Translations under genes and position numbers: made by a program
Shown: piece after piece, positions 35,920 to 44,969 of the stretch
Layout of the letters: every line of letters starts with the position of its first letter
How positions within the stretch are numbered: position 1 is the first letter of the stretch
Assembly (NCBI RefSeq): GCF_001194135.2
Contig: NC_068988.1
Coordinates: 97,595,738-97,640,706 of the forward strand
DNA: 44,969 bases
Direction: 5' to 3'
DNA from: Octopus bimaculoides
Taxonomy: Eukaryota
Notes under the pieces: generated by a model
The model's input: only the letters and a program-made list of their open reading frames with translations
Database searches by the model: none
Told to the model about the DNA's origin: nothing

Positions 35920-36085
35920 AAGGCGGCGAACTGGCAGAATCATTAGCACGCTGGACGAAATGCTTGGCGATATTTCGCCCTTCGCTATGTTCTGAGTTCA
36001 AATTCCTCCGGGCTCGACTTTCCATTTCATTCTTTCGGGGTCGACAAATTAAGCACCCCAAATTTCAGGCATTGTGCCTTTAGTT
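35920..36085 (+). mobile_element. SINE family A, near full length
   Basis: aaggcggcgaactggcagaatcattagcacgctggacgaaatgcttggcg...gttctgagttcaaattcc...ggggtcgacaaattaagcacc...aaatttcaggcattgtgcct. Confidence 0.9.
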
Positions 36086-36851
36086 GAAAGGATTATTATC
36101 ATTATTTTTTTTTTTTTTTGGCTTTGCAACCAAGTTTCAACCAGAGACGTCAAGGAACAAGGTTTTGCATGTGAAGATGCCAACAGCTGAAGTGCCATGC
36201 AATTAAAAACACTAATGTCTGTGAAAGAATTTTTATTTCCTCCTCATCCTCCTCCTCTTACTACTACTACTACTATTACTACTATTACTTATGTATGGGA
36301 TTGTGTGTATTGGTATGATTGTATATAAATTGGTAACATTAAGAATAAAAATAATCGTATGTTTAAATATAGCGAAGCACGAAAGCGATGTCAGACTGTA
36401 AGTGAATTAGTTATTCTGCTGCGCTGGAGAGCCGTTTAAGAAAGCCAATAGAGAAGAGATCGTGTCTTACAAAGGAAACTCAATGCCGTATTTACTGAAC
36501 GGCTTAACTGCGTTAGAATTTCAATAGATGAGGGCGACCGGATTTTCCTGTACAGTGTGTTGAATGTCAACACTCATGAAAAGATAGATGTACGAGTTCG
36601 TGTGTGAGAATCGATGATGTGGTTTCGCTGTGGGTTTGTATGCGCGCATGCAGAAGCGTACTTGTGTGTTTACGTATGGTTTGTGTGTGTATGCGTCTGT
36701 GTGTGTGCGTGTATCAGCGCACGCACGTGTATGTGTGTGTCTGTTGGTGTTAATGTTGATGTTGGGCTAACGTGGTGGTTTGTATATGAACGTATGTTTA
36801 AGACTGCAGGTAAGTTTTATGTGAATGCTTATATGACTTAGGACAAGTCCG

Positions 36852-36893
<42 letters not shown>

Positions 36894-37471
36894 NNNNNNN
36901 NNNNNNNNNNNNNNNNNNNNNNNNNNNNNNNNNNNNNNNNNNNNNNNNNNNNNNNNNNNNNNNNNNNNNNNNNNNNNNNNNNNNNNNNNNNNNNNNNNNN
37001 NNNNNNNNNNNNNNNNNNNNNNNNNNNNNNNNNNNNNNNNNNNNNNNNNNNNNNNNNNNNNNNNNNNNNNNNNNNNNNNNNNNNNNNNNNNNNNNNNNNN
37101 NNNNNNNNNNNNNNNNNNNNNNNNNNNNNNNNNNNNNNNNNNNNNNNNNNNNNNNNNNNNNNNNNNNNNNNNNNNNNNNNNNNNNNNNNNNNNNNNNNNN
37201 NNNNNNNNNNNNNNNNNNNNNNNNNNNNNNNNNNNNNNNNNNNNNNNNNNNNNNNNNNNNNNNNNNNNNNNNNNNNNNNNNNNNNNNNNNNNNNNNNNNN
37301 NNNNNNNNNNNNNNNNNNNNNNNNNNNNNNNNNNNNNNNNNNNNNNNNNNNNNNNNNNNNNNNNNNNNNNNNNNNNNNNNNNNNNNNNNNNNNNNNNNNN
37401 NNNNNNNNNNNNNNNNNNNNNNNNNNNNNNNNNNNNNNNNNNNNNNNNNNNNNNNNNNNNNNNNNNNNNNN

Positions 37472-37525
<54 letters not shown>

Positions 37526-38238
37526 TGTTGCACTCTTCTCATTGTTCATTCTAAACTATCATATGTACGTATGTATGTATGTATGTATGTCTTTTCTGTT
37601 TTTAATTAGTTCAATTTTTTCGTCCGAAGAAGGGGCTGCTTTCTTACGAAGATGAAAAGCTCCTTCGTTGAAATGTAGACAACAAAAATACTGTCACGTT
37701 TTAAACTTAGAAAAAGCTTGAGTATTTTGAGTGTTCTGCTGACAGATTGTGCTTGCAATGTGCAAGTCAGTTGGCTCGGTTTTTTTTTTCTTCAAATCTA
37801 AGCTTGTCTAGACTGAGGGTTAATTTAAAATTTTTGTCTTTATATTGAGTCTGACGAAGTGTCCAAAAGGCTTTGGCTTTGCGGATGCGAAACCTTGGCT
37901 AACACTCTCCAAGATATAAGATTTTATTGTAACAATATATATTACGTACTATTTATACATTATGTGTATGTCGCTTAGCAACTAATCCTATTTTGTCAAC
38001 GCTAGGTGACACGCCTCGACCTGTAGCCGACAGTTTCCGGTAGCTATCTTGGACTTGCTGTATTTCTTCATTCAATATTCGAAGCCTGAAAGGGACGGGG
38101 TTCTGTTAAGGGGTCACAAAACTTTAAGTCGCACGGAACCGAATCAAGCTGTTTTAATTAATCCATGTAACTCCTACTAAATGTGTTGAGTGACTTTTTT
38201 TCGTTTGTCCACTCATTCATGTGTGTGTGCGTGCGTGC

Positions 38239-38275
<37 letters not shown>

Positions 38276-38768
38276 NNNNNNNNNNNNNNNNNNNNNNNNN
38301 NNNNNNNNNNNNNNNNNNNNNNNNNNNNNNNNNNNNNNNNNNNNNNNNNNNNNNNNNNNNNNNNNNNNNNNNNNNNNNNNNNNNNNNNNNNNNNNNNNNN
38401 NNNNNNNNNNNNNNNNNNNNNNNNNNNNNNNNNNNNNNNNNNNNNNNNNNNNNNNNNNNNNNNNNNNNNNNNNNNNNNNNNNNNNNNNNNNNNNNNNNNN
38501 NNNNNNNNNNNNNNNNNNNNNNNNNNNNNNNNNNNNNNNNNNNNNNNNNNNNNNNNNNNNNNNNNNNNNNNNNNNNNNNNNNNNNNNNNNNNNNNNNNNN
38601 NNNNNNNNNNNNNNNNNNNNNNNNNNNNNNNNNNNNNNNNNNNNNNNNNNNNNNNNNNNNNNNNNNNNNNNNNNNNNNNNNNNNNNNNNNNNNNNNNNNN
38701 NNNNNNNNNNNNNNNNNNNNNNNNNNNNNNNNNNNNNNNNNNNNNNNNNNNNNNNNNNNNNNNNNNNN

Positions 38769-38802
<34 letters not shown>

Positions 38803-38954
38803 GTATATGTGTGCATATATGTATATCTATGAGTATATAGGAATACAATACATATCCATATAATGTGTACATATACATATATATGAATATATATATATGC
38901 GTGTATGTATGTATATATATAGAGATACGTACATATATATATATATATATATAT

Positions 38955-39005
<51 letters not shown>

Positions 39006-39086
39006 CGTACATATATATATATATATATATATATGAGTATATATATATATACGTGCATACATATTTATTTATTTATGTGTTTTAGC

Positions 39087-39118
39087 CAAGTGGCTGCGGT
39101 CATGCTGGTGCACCACCG
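39087..39118 (-). mobile_element. SINE family B tail fragment
   Basis: ggctgcggtcatgctggtgcaccacc matches gactgcggccatgctggagcaccgcc at 19769-19794. Confidence 0.5.
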
Positions 39119-39252
39119 TGAATATATATATATGTTTATATTTATATTTATATTACATACATATATATTCATCCATGCAGTGACAAAATTAAAGCGTAAT
39201 GAAAAGCCTCTGGCCGAAACTACCGCAAGAAACTATATATATTTCTGTAATG

Positions 39253-39254
<2 letters not shown>

Positions 39255-39313
<59 letters not shown>

Positions 39314-39352
39314 TACTTTATTGGCCTCAAGGGCCGCGAAACATTTAGAACA
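39255..39352 (-). mobile_element. Short LINE-like 3' terminus with AATAAA and a (TTA)n tail
   Basis: Minus strand: tgtttcgcGGCCcttgaGGCCaataaagtaattattattatt... (small stem-loop, poly(A) signal, trinucleotide tail). Confidence 0.45.
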
Positions 39353-39374
39353 ATTACAGTGGGGATAAGAAATG

Positions 39375-39417
<43 letters not shown>

Positions 39418-39770
39418 AATGATGATGAGGACGACGACGATGATGGTGATGCATACAATCTTATATGTAAAACTATATGTCCGTGTTGTATAACAGAGAG
39501 ACTGAGAGAAAGGGAAAGAGAGAAGTGTGTGTGTGTGTGTGTATGAGTGTATTTCTGTGTGTATATTTTCTTTTTCTTTATATACATTTATTCCTGTTGG
39601 CATGCGAATGAGTTGTGCAAGATGAAGCTTGTGACAATAACAATATTTTGTAGGGAGCCGTAAATATTGTTTAGTGACAAATATTTATAAACTCGGCAGC
39701 CAAAGTGAAATGTGTTTCAGCAAAACTTGCTCGTCATCTTTTCATTTGGGAAAAAAGTTTTTGCTAGAGA

Positions 39771-39817
<47 letters not shown>

Positions 39818-39921
39818 AACACACACACACACACACGCACGAACATACACACACAAACACGCATGCATGTACACACGCACATGTATATATGTATGTATAT
39901 ATGTATGTATATACTACACAA

Positions 39922-39952
<31 letters not shown>

Positions 39953-40254
39953 CCCTCTAGGTATATTGGCTATTTCACTCATTTTTTTATATTATTATTT
40001 TATATCTTGTCTCTTTTTGCTCTCTATCTATCCCGCTATATATTATTATTGGTCCAGCCATGTTTTTCGCTTATTAAATCTACTTTTGCAGCATTCTAAA
40101 ACCGTTTCCTGTCACGGACTTAAAGACTTTTCTCTCTACATCTTTCCCTTTTCTTACATATGTATATACGCAGCAGCTGAGACACAATCCTCTGGCTGGT
40201 TTTTTGCTAGCTTGTCTTATTTGTATATTATCTCATCATTTCGTACATGGCTGC

Positions 40255-40360
40255 GTCTTTAGAATATCGAAGAGATGTCCATGCTTTATTTGTTCTGGTT
40301 CTCTACATTATGAGATCAAATCTCGCTGAAGTCAAGTTTTCTCTTTTGTGGCATCCAGTC
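40255..40360 (+). mobile_element. SINE family A, very old copy
   Basis: cattatgagatcaaatctcgctgaagtcaagttttctcttt aligns to gttctgagttcaaattccgccgaggtcgactttgcctttc. Confidence 0.4.
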
Positions 40361-40477
40361 TGCTTCGTGTAAGCCCGCCTTATAAACAAATTGAAACCAG
40401 CCCTTAACAACGAACAGTAAGAAACTGCACGAAGCAGACTGGTTGTTACAGCAACAGCCATCCGCGCATGTCACCTA

Positions 40478-40552
40478 TTTGGGATCATTTTTTCCCACCT
40501 CAGAATTTGTCGGATATTGTTTGGGATCATTTTTTCCCACCTCAGAATTTGT
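40478..40552. repeat. 33-bp exact direct repeat with a 9-bp spacer
   Basis: tttgggatcattttttcccacctcagaatttgt at 40478-40510 and 40520-40552; spacer cggatattg. Confidence 0.9.
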
Positions 40553-40872
40553 TTCCATCAGTTTCTGAAACTTCATAACTTTTCACTTTTCTTTCAGATT
40601 TCGGCTTCAAACATGAACATCAACGAATCATATTTCTGCAAAATATCATTTAGAAATATGTATTTTAATGAGGATGATAAAGAAAGATAATTGAGGAGAG
40701 GACAATGATCCGAAGCTTCAATTATCAACATAATTTTACTTATACACCATGGAAAATATGAAAATATATCACTACAGAATTTTAATTAAAAATGTTTGCA
40801 CTGTTTACAAATTAATGGAGAAACAAATTTGTGACATCAAATTAAATATGTACGCGTGTGTCTGTGTGCGTG

Positions 40873-40914
<42 letters not shown>

Positions 40915-41187
40915 TGTGTGTGTGCGTGCCTGTGTACGTGTGTATAAAATCAGTAATGTATAAGATTATACTTTGTATTTGGAGACACTCAGGGATACTT
41001 CACATGTAGTGTAGAGGGTTAATATGCAGTTAAGGGGTTTAAACAATGAGACTAAATTGATCAGAAGGGATTACAATGGAATCCAATACCTTCATGCAGA
41101 AACCTGTAACATAACCAATATATAGAACGCACATATATTTGATATATTTGCATTTAACATGGAAACCATACATATCCTTTATATAAG

Positions 41188-41400
41188 CTTTTCTGCTCTA
41201 GGCACAAGGCCCGAAATTTTGGGGGAGGAGGTCAGTCGATTAGGTCGACCCCAGTACGCAACTGGTACATAATTTATTGACGCTGAAAGGATGAAAGGCA
41301 AAGTCAACCTCGGCAGAATTTGAATTCAGAACGTAAAGACAGACGAAATACCGCTCAGCGTTTCGCCCCGGCGTGCAGACGTCTCTGCCAGCTCGCCGCC
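41188..41400 (-). mobile_element. SINE family A, full length
   Basis: Complete head (ctgccagctcgccgcc), B-box-like motif, gtcgattaggtcgaccccagtacgcaactggtac, and tail cttttctgctctaggcacaaggccc. Confidence 0.9.
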
Positions 41401-41759
41401 ATAGAAGATATTTTATAAGAGCGAAAACAATGGTTTTTACGGGAAATATTACAGTCATTGATGCATGAATTGAGATTTTGCGAATAGGTTTTGAGGATCT
41501 CAAAATTTGTTTCACCAAATATATTCGTGAAGATTTGTTGTCAATAAAGCAAACCACCGATTATCCTTGTCAGTGGTTTTCGTTGCTTGAGTATGCTACA
41601 ATTGAACAGTGTATCTGAGCTGCATCTATGTATATATAAATGCATGTATGTATATATGCATATACACACAGACATATATAGATGCATGCACAGAGATAAT
41701 GATGGAAATAAACAAATAAACCTGCGTGGGTAGACGCATACATACATACATATATACAT

Positions 41760-41818
<59 letters not shown>

Positions 41819-42028
41819 TACATACATGCATAGATGCACATGTATTGAGGCAAATAGAGACAAAGCAAAGACTGAAAATTTTCAGACGATGAATCTTCAA
41901 GTCCGAATATATGGATATTTCTTCATTGACAGAACAAACTTACACAGATTACAAAGACCGAAAATTAATGTGGAGAATGTATGTGTATATGTAAGTATAT
42001 AAATATGTATGCTTGTATGTGTGTGTGT

Positions 42029-42132
<104 letters not shown>

Positions 42133-43009
42133 ATAAGCCAAATATATCAAATATATTAAAGCAAACTATGAATGCGGTGTGAGCAAACGAGGTAAACGCA
42201 CACAATAATCTGTCTAAATATTTCCTGTAAATCGCCAAAATTGTGGCATCTTTCAGTTGAGCACAATGGAGAGTTTAACAGTAAAACTTAGCGAGACTGA
42301 CTTAGCTAGAAACTAGAAGTATATGTAAAGGAATTCTAACAAGAAAACTGATATAAAAATAATATAAAGCGCCCCAAAATAAGGCGTCTCATCAATGTTT
42401 AGATATAAATGGAAATCATGTGACTAAGTTGCCGCCAGCAGGATTCTTTTCTTAGTTTTATTTATCTGTGTACGTGTGTGGACGCTTGTCCGAGTGAATG
42501 TATATGTACGTTTNNNNNNNNNNNNNNNNNNNNNNNNNNNNNNNNNNNNNNNNNNNNNNNNNNNNNNNNNNNNNNNNNNNNNNNNNNNNNNNNNNNNNNN
42601 NNNNNNNNNNNNNNNNNNNNNNNNNNNNNNNNNNNNNNNNNNNNNNNNNNNNNNNNNNNNNNNNNNNNNNNNNNNNNNNNNNNNNNNNNNNNNNNNNNNN
42701 NNNNNNNNNNNNNNNNNNNNNNNNNNNNNNNNNNNNNNNNNNNNNNNNNNNNNNNNNNNNNNNNNNNNNNNNNNNNNNNNNNNNNNNNNNNNNNNNNNNN
42801 NNNNNNNNNNNNNNNNNNNNNNNNNNNNNNNNNNNNNNNNNNNNNNNNNNNNNNNNNNNNNNNNNNNNNNNNNNNNNNNNNNNNNNNNNNNNNNNNNNNN
42901 NNNNNNNNNNNNNNNNNNNNNNNNNNNNNNATATGTATATATCTATATATATATGCATATCTATACATACACACACATATATGTACATATCTCTACATTT
43001 ATATCTATC

Positions 43010-43055
<46 letters not shown>

Positions 43056-43654
43056 GTGTGTGTGTGTGTGTGCATGTATGTATGCGGGCATGTTTGTACA
43101 CACATAAGCATGTTAGTGTTTGCAGGTACGGTTTGTATATCCATGCCCCTATGCATTACAATGATTTGAATGGTCCTTAATTGCAGTCACTAATCTATCG
43201 TTTTATTTGTAGTAGTAGTAGTAGAACTTTCTACGAAGAAATGGTAGTGTGGATTTGAGGTGTTGTATATTGAATTTGGTTCGCCGTGTGAGCGGCTCAA
43301 TTCCTTTTAGGTATTGAAATACAGTAGGACAAACAAAAAGGAAACACTCGTTAACTACACAGAACTCCCACTGCTAACAACAAAAATCCACATATTTCCA
43401 TGTCACCAAGAAATAGTTCTGAGATACTGCAGCTACAGAGACTTTGGTGTCTGGAACAGCATGGAACATTACATGACACTAACCTCCGAACTAGTAGTCG
43501 TTGTTGCTGTTGTTGTTGTTGTTGTTGTTCGTGTTGATTCTCTTCATGGTTACCATCATGGCCCAACTGGATATTGCTTATTATAAGCTTTCAAGTAGTG
43601 CCTTCTCCTGTGACTCAAAGAGACAATACTTTCTTTAGAATACGAGCTGTACCC

Positions 43655-43805
43655 ACATTATTATTCTTATTACTATCATTGCCTTTGCACAGCTTCTAAC
43701 GCTGGAGATGTACTACGGTGTCAGCTCTTCTCTACCAGTGAACTAAGGTAACACCTCTTATTTTTCGAGCACCTTCCGGAGTGTTCGAGCGGTTCCAAGC
43801 AGTAC
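43655..43805 (-). mobile_element. 3' end of an R4/Dong-like LINE
   Basis: LLGTARTLRKVLEK*, then 3' UTR gaggtgttaccttagttcactggtagagaagagctgacaccgtagtacatctccagc and a degenerate (TAA)n tail. Confidence 0.8.
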
Positions 43806-44104
43806 GTCACTCGTTACTTTCAACAGAGGTTGTGATAAGACCACCGAAGTTCTATGAGAGACTCTGTGCACCAGTGAAGATCGATTGAGCCTACCAATTG
43901 AAGACTATGGAGGACTACCAGAAATCTCTAACATGAAAGTGTTATGGGGAGAGGGGGGATTAGGACTTCATGCGGTTCTCTTACGACAGTACCGACTGTC
44001 GTTGGTCAAACATCTGCCTTTGGAATTGATTGCTCGGGCAGTTTTTCATCCTTGGGCCTCTCTAGAGACATTATTAACGGTAGTGAAATGAAAGAAGCGT
44101 TACA

Positions 44105-44270
44105 ATTGGAAGGAGTATGCTTGGCAGTATTTCCTCCGGCTTTTTACGACCTGAGTTCAAATCTCACCGACGCCAGTTTTGCTTTTCTTCCCACGGTAGT
44201 CGATAAAACGAAGTACCAGTCATGTATTGGCGTCGATCCTATGCAATAGACCCCTCTGCTCAAAATTTCT
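44105..44270 (+). mobile_element. SINE family A, diverged
   Basis: tgcttggcagtatttc...cctgagttcaaatctcaccgacgccagttttgcttttc...gtcgataaaacgaagtaccagtc...ggcgtcgat...ctcaaaattt. Confidence 0.75.
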
Positions 44271-44274
44271 ATCC

Positions 44275-44457
44275 TGTCTTCATCATCATCGTCACCATCA
44301 TCACCATCATCACCAACACCACCATGGCCACCGCCACTACCATCATTATCACCAGCAGCAGCAACAGCAGCAATAAAAGAAGAGGGTGAAGAAGAAGAAG
44401 AGAAAGAAGAGAAAGGAGGAAGAAAAAGGAGGAAGACGAGGAGGGAGAAGGAGAAAG

Positions 44458-44540
<83 letters not shown>

Positions 44541-44645
44541 AAGAAGAATAACTACAACGCATACTCAGCAAACAAATTGTGACGAAACAACAAAGAATAA
44601 AACAAGAGCAACGTCAACAGCAACAACAACAGCAACAACAACAGT
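44275..44645. repeat. Compound trinucleotide block (CAT/CAC/CAG/GAA/TAG/CAA)
   Basis: Directly visible. Confidence 0.9.
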
Positions 44646-44930
44646 CGTAGCGTGAGGGCAGAAAAGACTTTTGCACTTGAAGTGATCGTGTCTAAGAGTT
44701 GTAACTTCAACATTTCCGTTTCTCTGTGAGACAATGTGTGTTGCTTTCCGCTTCTGTTTGGCTGGGAGGGTATTGCAGGGTCGGACGGAAGTCATATGCA
44801 ATTGTAATGAAACCCCTTCCGGTCTCCTTGCCTTCAGACCCTTCAATGGCTACCTGATAACAAATGGTGCAAAAGTTAGAGAGGTGCTTTTATCTTTTGG
44901 TCAATTTTGGCTTCGGGGGAATGTATGTAC

Positions 44931-44969
<39 letters not shown>

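Noticed and set aside
35920-36010. tRNA-like sequences with B-box-like motifs (also at 12.1, 13.0-13.3, 19.7 and 41.3 kb)
   Set aside because: No closed cloverleaf is evident and each continues into a SINE body; these are SINE heads, not tRNA genes.
36790-36820. Perfect donor CAG/GTAAGT (and ACT/GTAAGT at 36398)
   Set aside because: The upstream frame is low-complexity (GT)n-derived with no good acceptor; one such site is expected by chance in a window this size.
40478-40552. Repeat-spacer-repeat pattern resembling a mini CRISPR
   Set aside because: Only two repeats, a 9-bp spacer, no cas genes, and a eukaryotic context; a simple local duplication.

Overview
Animal genomic DNA, very probably octopus (Octopus sp.). 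This is inferred from my recollection of octopus-type tRNA-derived SINE families plus extreme microsatellite density; it is not database-confirmed. About 7.6 kb of the 45 kb is N (17 gaps, nearly all flanked by microsatellites), and almost all long entries in the ORF track are microsatellite or N artefacts. I recognise no host protein-coding gene, tRNA, rRNA or CRISPR array. The readable sequence is a transposon graveyard. It holds an internally deleted Penelope-like element with a 3' hammerhead-like core, fragments of several LINE clades (HERO-like, R4/Dong-like x2, L1/Tx1-like ORF1 x2, L2-like, one I/Jockey-like RT), one decayed DD34D mariner, a maT(DD37D)-like/irritans-mariner fusion that reads as one open frame, and more than 20 SINE-type copies from 4 families. 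The most interesting observations are two SINE-head/LINE-ORF1 junctions, the chimeric transposase ORF, the hammerhead cores, tail sharing among SINEs and a LINE-like 3' end, a promoter-like motif cluster at 14.6 kb, and plus-strand exon candidates consistent with a minus-strand bias of retroelements. I found no convincing new multi-gene system.
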